Shown here in pieces: positions 53,756 through 64,000 of a stretch of 64,000 nucleotides of DNA. The DNA is from Felis catus (Eukaryota): the NCBI RefSeq assembly GCF_018350175.1, contig NC_058368.1:93126001-93190000 (forward strand), given 5' to 3'. A model generated the notes under the pieces. The model was not told the origin of the DNA and did no database searches. It worked only from the letters and a program-made list of their open reading frames with translations. Within the stretch, counting starts at the first letter, position 1; each line of letters begins with the position of its first letter. The position numbers and the translations under genes are program-made.

Positions 53756-54156
53756 GAAACCTCAAAGTGCCTTCCCAGTGTGGAGGATAGCTTCCTATCC
53801 CCCTGCCACCTTCTAACAATCATTGTATAAGGTATTAAAGCAGAAACCCAGAGAAACTACCTGATTTGTTGAGTTTCTTCCAAAATCAGAAGAGAGATTA
53901 CAAAAAAAAAAAAAAAAATCAGGTGCTGAAGTAAGCCCACCTGAAGAAAAAAGGGAAGAGCTAGGATTCTCTGGGATGTTAAGAAATAAATTTTAATCAG
54001 ATGAATTAAAGAAAGTATATATTTTTTAAAAAATATCTTTGGGTGAAAACTGAAACTTTCAGCCATGAAGAAGAAAGCAGGTTGCTCTTCTGTACAATGG
54101 CATTGATAATTCGTGTTTTCTCATCCCCCTGCATCCCTGCCCCTAGATCTAAAGAA

Positions 54157-54375
54157 GGGGTGCCTGGGAGGCTCAGTCAGTTAAGTGTCCAAATTTGGCT
54201 CAGGTCATGATTTCCTGGTTCGTGGGTTCAAGCCCTGCATTGGGTTCTGTGTGGACAGCTCGAAGCCTGGATCCTGCTTCCGATTCTGTGTCTCCCTCTC
54301 TCTCTGCCCCTTCCCCACTCACATTCTGTCTCTCTCTGTCTCTCTCTCTCTTTCTCAGAAATAAATAAATATTGA

Positions 54376-54419
<44 letters not shown>
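54157..54419 (+). mobile_element. CAN SINE with (AAAT)n tail
   Basis: Full body. About 10 AAAT units at 54378-54418. Confidence 0.96.
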
Positions 54420-54974
54420 GGGGCAGGTGAAGCAATGCTGAAAACTTTGTGTGGACAATTCAGCTCTTCACTAACGCACACGGCAGTTCACTATCATTAT
54501 ACTAGTTGTCTCCAGTCCATCCATTTTGGGATCAAGTTAAGACCATGGGAGACACATTCTGATAACAGTGTGTCTTGAAACCCTTCCAACAGCACTATAT
54601 TTTCATTTCACCTTACTGCAGCTGCATAAAGAGAAATCACTTTTTCACTGTAACTAAAATAATGTTTCGAAAGTGACTCCAAGAGGTAAGGAGAAATACT
54701 CTGCCCAGGACAAGTGCCCTGTAAGAGGCAAGAGAGGAACAAATACCCAAATCAGACATGAAACCACTGAAGGCATATTACTGTCTATACTACAGTATAT
54801 ACTACACTAAGGATGTTGGGCTGAATTACCCAGCAGTGTACTACTGACTGTCTGGTGTGTTCATCACCCTCCATTTCTGCCATCAACTGACTGTATGACT
54901 GTCCAAAGCACTCAACTTTCTGGTTCTCTAGTCTTTCAAGTATAGTATACTCATGCATGGAGTACTCAATATGG

Positions 54975-56285
54975 TGTTAAGTCATTAACTCTCCCTGAAT
55001 TCATCTACAGACTCAATGCTAATCCATTAAAAGCCCAGCCAGGTATTTCTGATGAGTTGATTAAAAAATGTATAAGGGCAATACAATGCAAACTGCCAAA
55101 ATAATATTGACAAAGAAGAACAGGTTTATGTGAAGTCAGTGTTCTAATAGCATTGTGATATAACATATAAAACAAGGGAACAAATCAGGATCCATAAATA
55201 AATTTATAAATATTCAGAGACAATATCTGTAATACATAGATGTAAACACACACACACACGTACATGTGCTATATATGTATGTGCTCAAAGATAATTAAAT
55301 GAAGAAAGGATAAATTCTCAACAAATGAAGGTGAACAACTGGATATCCACATTCAAAAAGTAACACTGAGGGGCACCTGGGTGGCTCAGTCAGTTCAGCG
55401 TCCGACTTCAGCTTGGGTCATGATCTCACGGTTCATGAATTCGAGCCCCGCATCGGGCTCTGTGCTGACAGCTCAGAGCCTGGAACCTGCTTCGGATTCT
55501 ATGTCTCCTTCTCTCTGCCCCTCCCCCACTCGTGCTCTGTCTCTTCCTCTCTCTCAGAAATAAACATTAAAAACAAAAATTTAAAAAAAGTAATACTGGC
55601 CTTTCCACTTCAGACCACGTATGACAATTAACTAGAAATTGATCAGGTCCTCAAACACAAGAAATAAAACTGTGAAATGGCTCAAATACAATAGAGTAGA
55701 AAGTGTCTTGGACCTTAGGATAGGTGAGGATTTCACAGACAGGACATGAAGAGCAGGAACCATAAAATAAAACAGTGATGAACTCAACTTTGTATGTACA
55801 ATTACCTTGGAAAACGTCTGGACATTTTCCTCTCAAGTTAAACATACATGTTATGAAATAATCCAGAAGTTCCACTGCTAATTATATACCTTCAAAAATG
55901 AAAACTATATGTCCACAAAAAACTTTTATATAAATGTTCATAGAAGCCAAAAACTGGGAGGGAAAATCAACCAACAGACAGATTTATAAACAAGTTGTGG
56001 TATACTCATAAATTAAATACTACTTGGCAAAAGGAAGAAATGAACTATATGCACAGAATCATGAACGAATCTTAAATATATTAGGCTGAGCAGCAAGAGC
56101 AGGCACAAAAGAGTCCATATTATGGTTCCATTCATGAGAGGCAAAGTTAATCCATAGTGATAAAATTAGATCAGTGGTTGCCTAAGGCAGGGAAGGACAA
56201 GAAACGATTCCAAAGGGGTATGACAGAACCTTCTTGGGCGGGTGGACATGTCCTATATCTTGATTTGGACAGTGCTTACATGAGT
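54975..56285 (+). mobile_element. Ancient L1 3' region fragments
   Basis: Motifs ctacagactcaatgctaatcc, acaactggatatccaca, aaatgttcatagaag and cagtggttgcct. Confidence 0.7.
55370..55585 (+). mobile_element. CAN SINE
   Basis: TSD aaaaagtaa(c/t)actg. Confidence 0.96.
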
Positions 56286-56419
56286 CATGTGTCAAGTCTT
56301 AGACTGGCCATTTCTGTGTCTTCTTTGGAGAGAAGTCTGTTTAGGTCCTTTTCCACTTCTGAATTGGGTTGTGTTTTCTTGTTAACTTTTAGGAGTTCTC
56401 TATACATTCCACATATATG

Positions 56420-56423
<4 letters not shown>

Positions 56424-56470
<47 letters not shown>
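56424..56470. repeat. (TA)n microsatellite, about 23 units
   Basis: Direct reading. Confidence 0.97.
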
Positions 56471-56473
<3 letters not shown>

Positions 56474-56514
56474 TTAGGAGTTGTCTATAACTTCCATATA
56501 ATATATATATGTAT

Positions 56515-56700
56515 ATATTAGAAAGTGAGCAGGGGAAAGGAGCAGAGGGAGGGAGGGAGGGAGGGAGAGAGAGAGAGAATCTCAAGCAGGCTCCACACTC
56601 AGTGCAGAGCCTGATGTGGGGCTCAATTGCACGACCGTGGGATCATGACCTGAGTGGAAATCAAGAGTCAGACACTCAACCAATTGAGCAACCCAGACAC
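56515..56700 (-). mobile_element. CAN SINE
   Basis: Reverse-complement body. Confidence 0.9.
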
Positions 56701-58194
56701 TTCATATTCCAGATATGATTTCCTATCAAATATAGGATTTGTAAATATTTTCCCCCACTCTGTGGGTTGTCTTTTCACACTGCTGATAGTGTCTTCTGAT
56801 GCACAAAATGTTTAAATTTTCACTAAGTCCATTTGTCCATTTTTTGTTACCTGTGCTCTTTCATGTCATATCCAAGAAATCACTGCCAAATCCAATATTG
56901 TAAAGGATCTGTCCTGTTTTCTACCAAGAGTTTTATTGCTCTGTCTTACATTTATATTACTTAACACGGGTGCATTTTACTGTATACAAATTACACTTTA
57001 CTCAATTTTTTTAAAGTGTAATTGCATTGCAGCTCAATCTAATGATGAAGCTGAGGAAATCGCTTTATTGCCACTGGATTTTTGGTCTTAAAATAGGTGG
57101 AATATGGGTTTGTTTGTTTTTTTTAATCCTTGACTTCACAGCTAGCACTACTCAATGGGTGCTTGTTTCAGGAGCCAGACTCATGCTGAACTCAGAATAA
57201 AGGTAAATCAGAACAGCTGTTCTTTACTTCCATGATGTTAAATGATAGCAAGAAAACTAGGGCACTGTTTTTTTAGTTTTCCAAAATGGGATGGGGTTTG
57301 GAAGTCCAAAGAAGATTTTTGTCCTCATAAGTTTACACAAGTTCTCTACCAGGTGTACCATGAATCCAGCACCATTCTTGGAAAAAATTTTCTCTGAAAG
57401 CATTCACTGGTATTCTCCTTTTTTACTCCATACTTTTTACCCTTAAGGGTATAGGAAAATGTCACTTTTATTCAGGGGAAATTCTCTGCAATTTCACGGA
57501 CTCTGATTATTAAATGCACATTTGTTATGTATTCCTTCACTGTATTTTTCAGCAACAGAGAAAAGCATGAAAAGTATTTGGGTTTTAGTGTTATTTTTAT
57601 TATCTTCATAAAACTAGCAATTTGGGATACTTTGGCACCCAAACAAGCTGAAGCTACTGGCATTGTGGATTTAAGAAATGTTGTGTTGGATGTAGTTAAA
57701 AACTGCCCAAGCATGTTCACTGTGCTGAATGACCATTCTGATGTTGCAATTCGCCATTGAAGCCGTTAGCTTCTTGACTGCCATAGCCTATCCATAGCAA
57801 AATAAAAATTCTTCAATTATCCCTAAGGAAAAAATCAACTAACTTGCTAACTTCTCTGTAAGGCAGTAAGGTGGAGTCCATGGGTCAATGATTTAAGAAA
57901 ATATGGGCAAGAGTTTCAACCCATTATTAGGAACCTCCAGTATGCCCTACAGTGTACCAGATAGGAGATCCAGAAATGGAGAAGACATGGGTCTGTTATG
58001 TAGGAATTCAGAACTGTGGCTCTGCAGAGTTTGGGTGAAATGTATCTGGATAATGTCAGATATATCCACATGACTCAAGGTAGAAATCTCAGAATTACAT
58101 TAATTCTATGATTGCTCCAGTTTTCTATACAGTCTCTCACAGTGATCTTGGTCTGATAAAGAAATGAACTGGGAAACAAATCATCTAACCAGTA

Positions 58195-58405
58195 TTTTTT
58201 TTACATTTATTTATTTTTGAGAGACAGAGAGACAGAGCACAATTGGGGGAGGGGCAGAGAGAGAGAAGGAGACACAGAATCCAAAGCAGGCTCCAGGCTC
58301 CGGCTGTCAGCGCAGAGCCCGACACGGGGCTAGAACTCACAAACCATGATATCATGACCTGAGCCAAAGTCGGATGCTCAAACAACTGAGCCACCCAGGC
58401 ACCCC
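58195..58405 (-). mobile_element. CAN SINE
   Basis: TSD tctaaccagta. Confidence 0.96.
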
Positions 58406-58864
58406 TCTAACCAGTAATTTGTATCACTTATTTGCTACACGACAATTTATCTCCCCAGAAGAATGTACGGTTCTTCTTACATTTACCTTTGAATCCTGAG
58501 TCTCTCCCAAAGTATCTGGCACAGAGTCGAATGAGTGGATGCTACATGTTAACTCCAATCATCTAAGAAGTTTTAAGTTGTGATTCTTCATCTTGTCTGA
58601 CTCATGAACTCCTTTGGGAATTGGGAAGACAACCTTCCCTTGACCAGAGACAAATGCACACATTACAATATAATGTAGATTATTTGGGGCGTACCCTAAA
58701 GCCCTTAGCTGGTCCATGTATTTCTTTTGTACAAAAATGTAAAACATTAGTAAGTAGTCTCCTATCTGTGAACTATATATCTGCTATTTAGCCTTGTGAT
58801 TTATATATTTATAGTTGCATGTAACCTGTTAGATCTTTTAAAATCTGTTTTGGAATGAAAAGTA

Positions 58865-59040
58865 CTCTAGAGGGCTTGGATCCAAACGATTCTGGTTGTA
58901 TTTCCAGCTCTTTCATTAACCAGCTGTGCGACTTTGGATAAGTTCCACTGACAATCTGGGCTTCGGTTCCAGATCTGTAAACTAAGGCGGGTGAACAAAG
59001 ATGAGTTTTAATGTTCCTTATAGCTCTGAAATTCTCAGTT
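58865..59040 (+). mobile_element. MIR SINE relic
   Basis: Core-like ccagctctttcattaaccagctgtgcgactttggataagtt...atctgtaaa. Confidence 0.7.
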
Positions 59041-60378
59041 CCAAAGCAATGGAGTCTTCCTGATGAAGGAAGGGAGATGTGCAATGTAAATAGGATTTAC
59101 AATCTGCCATGAGCGGGAGGCACAAAGCATCACAAAGGCTCAATGATTTTCTTTTAATTACTTAAGTCAGTGCTGTGAAGGCAGCTGCAGGTGTCCAAGG
59201 ATCCAATCTATAGGTTAGACACATCTGTTTTTAGGACCTTTGAGATTTCCACTGTGTAAGGAAGCACATAACCTCTCTCCCCTGTGGCTATTTGACTTTT
59301 AACATGATATAAATATTGAGAACAGCCCATCGACCAAAATTACTTCTGGTGCCCAAGTCTAAAATAAGGGATGCCTCTAGAAAATAAGTTTTGGGTAAGA
59401 ATAGCTACAAGAACTGATGGTGGTATTCAAAATATAGTTCTTCCTGTGAGACTAAGGTCTTTTCTTGGCATCAGATTCAATATTCTGTGATATCAGTGCA
59501 TGCAAGACAGTAATCTGTAAGATTCATCCTTCTAAAATGCCACTTAAATCATTTCTCTCCCCCACTCCTAAATCCTGAGCGTCTCACCACTCACCAGCAG
59601 GATAAAGTCCAAGCTTCTAACTATGCACCTGAAACCCACCCATCATGTAGCTCCAGTGGACAGTGGCTCTCCTTTTCTCTTCAAACAGCATTCTATTCTA
59701 GACCAGTTAGTCGAGTTCTGCCCATATTACCAAATTTGACTCCTTTCATGTCATGCTCAGGCCATTATTCTTTCTCACAATCAAACTCTCACTAAACACC
59801 AAGTTCTGTTTCCAGTAATGGGGGACAATGAAATTTGACCAACCTTGTTCATGAAACTATAGCTAGAAAAAAATTATAAGATGACATCCATTTATAGATA
59901 TCAAGGATTAAAAAAAGCAAAGAATTATAGGTTAATGTCTGGGAGACAAAGGAAAAGTAGATAATTGAGCAGAGCATTGTGAGCTGATTTTGTCCAAGCT
60001 GTCTGCTAATTCTTCAAGAGTCTGTTGAGACACGAAGAGCTGAGCGGAACTTTTGATAATCGCAGGGAAGGAATGACATGAATTTGACTTCAGGGTATAT
60101 AAAGGAGGAAAGGGAGAGTGACACCTTAGCAAGAGAGGGGAACTAGAAATTGACCCTGTTTCAGAACCTAAGTCCCAGATTGATATCATTTCTAATTCTA
60201 ATTGGATTAAGATGATCCAGATGTGGTTGAGTTTATAACTTTCTGTGAGAATGAAAAATAAATCTTGAGCAAAGGATGATAAAACAGAAAATAAGTTTTA
60301 GGTTGTACATTATCTCTAAACCATTTCCTATACCAAATTTCACATAAATTGAACACAATTTTAAAAACCACCAGCTGC

Positions 60379-60578
60379 TGGAGCACCTGAGTAGCTCAGT
60401 TTGTTGAGTGTCTGAATCTTGAGTTCGGCTTAGGTCATGATCTCACAGTTTGTGGGATTGAGCCCTGCATTGGACTCTGTGTTGACATCACAGAGCCTGC
60501 TTGGGATTCTTTCTCTCCCATGACTTCCCTCTCCCTCCTCTTGTATACACTGTCTCTCTAAAGTAAAAAAAAAAAATT
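60379..60578 (+). mobile_element. CAN SINE
   Basis: TSD aaa(c/t)caccagct. Confidence 0.93.
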
Positions 60579-60971
60579 AAATCACCAGCTATAGAGGAGA
60601 AAAAACATATTATAAAGTGAAGAAAAACAACAGGTGATAGAAATGAACCCACAAAGGGGTTATCAGACAGATTATAAATTAACTATATATGTTTGAAAAA
60701 CTGAAGGCAAGATTAAGATTTGTTCTTAAAGAAGAAAAGAATCAATTGAAAATCCTGAAAAAAGGAAAACCAAATAACTGATATTAACAAATAAAAAGAT
60801 AGAATTAAAAGCAGATTAGATATCATGACAGGGAGAATTAGTGAATTGGAATAAATGTCAGGAAAATATCCATAATGGAGGATCAATTTTTTTAAGAGAA
60901 AAAACATGGAAAAAAGTATATGACAGTATATTCAAAAAAGGAATGTAAGAGTACTGCAGTGAAAAAAAATC

Positions 60972-61202
60972 GGGGGTGCCTGGGTGGCTCAGTCGGTTGA
61001 GCAGCCGACTTCGGCTCAGGTCATGATTTCACAGTCCATGAGTTCGAGCCCCATGTCAGGCTCTGGGCTGACAGCTCAGAGCCTGGAGCCTGTTTCAGAT
61101 TCTGTGTCTCCCTCTCTCTGACCCTCCCCGTTCATGCTCTGTCTCTCCCTGTCTCAAAACAAAAAAACAAAGCAAAAAAAATGCAAAAACGTTAAATTGT
61201 TT
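60972..61202 (+). mobile_element. CAN SINE
   Basis: TSD aaaaaaatc. Confidence 0.96.
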
Positions 61203-62092
61203 AAAAAAATCTAACATACATATAATTAGAACCCCAAATAAGGAGATAAAAGAAAATGGAAGAGAAGCAATATTTTAAAATATAATAACTAAAAAACCTA
61301 TTCAGTCACAAATCTAAGAAGCCTCTGAATGTCAAGCATGATGAAGGCGAATTTAAAAGAAAACAACACTAAAATGCATCACATAAAGCTATACAATTTT
61401 TGAAAAGATTATTTTTAAAAGCTGGGGTTATAAAAGATAAATTATCTTCAAAGAAGTAAAAAGATAACTGATAGCTCACTTCGAAGGAAGCAAAGAAACT
61501 ATAACTGCCAATATAATATTTCAAAATAAGCAAATGTTTTCCTTCAAAGATAAATGTAAAAGAAAACATTTTTCTAGAAAGAATAAAAGAAATACTACTG
61601 AAGAAAAGTTCAATGCTAGGGAGAAACTCAAAGATAAAAAGAATGAAGAGTAATGTAAAAGAATAATGCATGGGAACTTGAATTACCATTAACAGGAGAA
61701 ACTATTAATAATGATTCATTGTGGGATTTAAACATATATTTAATGAATACATACCCAAAACAATAGCATAACACAGAAAGGGAATAAAGAGAGTTAAAGA
61801 ATTTTAAAATCCTTACATTCTCAGGAAAGAGCAAAAGTACAAATTTGTAATAAGGACTAAGGACTGAGAAGTGAAGGACACACACTGTAATCACTGGGTT
61901 AACTCTTAAAAGAAAAATAAAACCATGGATAAATAACCAATTCATAGAGGATAAAAGGAGATAATAATAATTAATCCAGAAGAAGTCTAGAGAAAAGAAA
62001 GTGAACCTTATCAAATATGAAGGATGAGAAGGAAGATTTAAAATCACACATAAAAATAATCATTAAATTTAAGTGTGCTAAATATCCAAAAA

Positions 62093-62204
62093 ATTTTTTA
62101 ATATTTTAATTTTAAGCAATCTTTATTCCCAAAGTGGGTGCTCAAACTCACAACCCCAAGATCAAGAGTCACACGCTCTACTGACTGAGTCAGCCAGGTG
62201 CCCC
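62093..62204 (-). mobile_element. Short-type CAN SINE
   Basis: Reverse-complement head gatcaagagtcacacgctcta...ggtgcccc. Confidence 0.88.
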
Positions 62205-62701
62205 TAAACAACCAAATTTTAAAAAGATCATCAACATATTTCAAAATATTAAACCCAACTATATGCTGCTTTTAGATACAACTGAAAAGTGAAAGAATAT
62301 CAGATATTTAAACTAAAAATATTTTTAAAATCTGCCATAAAGAATACTTAACAAAGCTAGTGTACCTATACTAACCAAAGAGAGTTTGCTGTAAGGGAAA
62401 AAGCATTAGTTGAGATAAAGAGGAACATTTTATAATGATAAAATCATCAAGTCACCAGGAAGAGTTAATAATTAAAAATACATGTGCCTTTAATAAGAGA
62501 GCATCTAAACCTATAACATATAAAATAAAAATAGCAAGAAAAGAAAAATCTGTGATTGTAGTTAGAGACTTTAACACACTTAGTAGTCACTGAGATCAAG
62601 CAGATTGAAAAAAATAATTCAAAAATCCTATGAAAGATTTGACCAACACAATGAGTAAGCCAGACAGAAGTGAATGCCTAGTACTGAAAGTAGAAATTAT
62701 T

Positions 62702-62897
62702 GGGGCACCTGGGTGGCTCAGATGGTTAAGCATCTGGCTCTTGATTTTGGCTCAGGTCATGATCTCACAGTTTGTGAGTTTGAGCCCTACAGAGTCTGCT
62801 TGGGATTCTCTCTCTCCCTCTCTCTCTGCCCCTCCTATGCTCTCTCTCTCTCTCTCTCAAAAAATAAATAAACTAAAAAATTTTTAGAAAAAAAAAG
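62702..62897 (+). mobile_element. CAN SINE
   Basis: TSD aagtag(aa/gc)attatt. Confidence 0.94.
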
Positions 62898-63115
62898 AAG
62901 TAGGCATTATTTGCAAAGACTGGAGAACACTTATCTTACGTTGCCTGCAAAAAGTCTCCAGAACTGTCAAATGATTGGAATCATACAGGGTATCCTCTCT
63001 GATCACAGTGGAATTAAGCTAGAAATAACTTTTAAAATGTTAACTGAAAGATCTCCATTCATTGGAGGGTAACCAAAACATGGATAAATAAACCATGAAA
63101 CAAAAAAGAAATCAT

Positions 63116-63316
63116 GAGGCACCTGGGTGTCTCAGTCCTATGAGCGTCTGACTCTTGATTTTCCTTCAGGTCATGATCCCAGGATCATGGTATCAAGCCC
63201 ATCACTGAGTTCTGTGCTGAGTGTGGAGCCTGCTTAAGATTCTCTCTCTCCCTCTGCTCCTCTCTCCCACTTGAACTCTCTTTCTCTGTCTCTAAAATAA
63301 AATAAAATTTAAAAAT
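63116..63316 (+). mobile_element. CAN SINE
   Basis: Full body and tail. Confidence 0.92.
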
Positions 63317-63625
63317 TGCAATGGAAATGAAGCCTATTTAAAATAAATTAATATAAAAAAGAACAACATTTATAGAATACAGGCAAAGGGATCTTAGAAG
63401 AAAAAGAATTGATATAGCTTCTCATGTATATAACCTTACATTTTTTTCGTATATGTATAGCTCTCATTAGAAAAGAAGCATGCTTTAAAAAATCTGCATT
63501 ATAGTCCTCTATGTTCAGAAGTTAGAAAAGTCATGCATGCATATCAAACTTAAGAAGAGAAATCAGGTCACAAAAAAGAGCAGAAAGAAATAAAATAGGA
63601 ACTAAAATTATAATTAAGAAAATCA

Positions 63626-63778
63626 GGGGCGCCTGGGTGGCTCCGTCGGTTGAGCATCCAACTCTTGATTGTGGCTCAGGTCAAGATCCCAGGGTTGTGG
63701 AATCAAGCCTTCCATTGGTCTCCACGCTGAGCATGGAGCATGCTTGAGAACATCTCTCTCTCTCTCTGTCTCTCTCTG

Positions 63779-63809
<31 letters not shown>

Positions 63810-63875
63810 ACCTCCTGCCTCTCTCCCCTGCTTGTGTGCTCTCTCTCTCAAAAAAATTAAGTAAAAAAATATAAT
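63626..63875 (+). mobile_element. CAN SINE with long CT tract
   Basis: Full body. Degenerate TSD aaga(a/t)aatca. Confidence 0.94.
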
Positions 63876-64000
63876 GAAGATAATCAAAGTTAAAAAATAG
63901 TGTCTTAAAAACGTGAATCAAAGTGATTAACGCTTAGTGAAAGTGAATTAATAAATAGGAGAGAAAGAAAAAAGCAATACAGAGGATGAGAAGAGGTTAT

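Larger units (their letters stand above)
56300..56952 (-). mobile_element. L1 ORF2 C-terminal fragment (minus) interrupted by (TA)n and a SINE
   Basis: tggccatttctgtgtcttctttggagagaagtctgtt and gtcatatccaagaaatcactgccaa. Confidence 0.8.
59790..64000 (+). mobile_element. Ancient L1 (5' region, ORF1 and ORF2 endonuclease relics) interrupted by six SINEs, running off the window
   Basis: Motifs ccaactatatgctg, ttttataatgataaaa, gagactttaacacac and ctctgatcacagtggaattaagctagaaat. Strongly A-rich. Confidence 0.7.

Noticed and set aside
60713..62047. Long hydrophobic minus-strand ORFs resembling membrane proteins
   Set aside because: Antisense reading of A-rich old L1 sequence gives F/L/I-rich frames with few stops.

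Overview
Felid (cat-like) genomic DNA, inferred from roughly 47 CAN/SINEC SINEs and young felid-type L1s. The only protein-coding content is the 3' end of KCNN2 (SK2 small-conductance Ca2+-activated K+ channel) on the + strand. It comprises the 128-nt exon 13284-13411, the 70-nt exon 19716-19785 and the terminal exon from 22535 (stop at 22822, AATAAA at 23112). A 9-nt in-frame microexon at 16935-16943, missed by the ORF track, inserts Ala-Arg-Lys into the calmodulin-binding domain. The rest is intron or intergenic DNA dense in retroelements: an internally deleted near-full-length L1, a twin-primed 5'-inverted L1, a young L1 in a SINE tail, nested SINEs, old L1/MIR/MER relics and a probable solo LTR. 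Nearly all ORF-track entries are repeat-derived artefacts. I cannot claim a wholly new system. The best leads are the microexon and its regulatory neighbourhood, a SINE-flanked stop-free circRNA candidate, and a CpG-rich terminal exon with apparent lineage-specific substitutions. Repeat boundaries and subfamily names are by eye and approximate.
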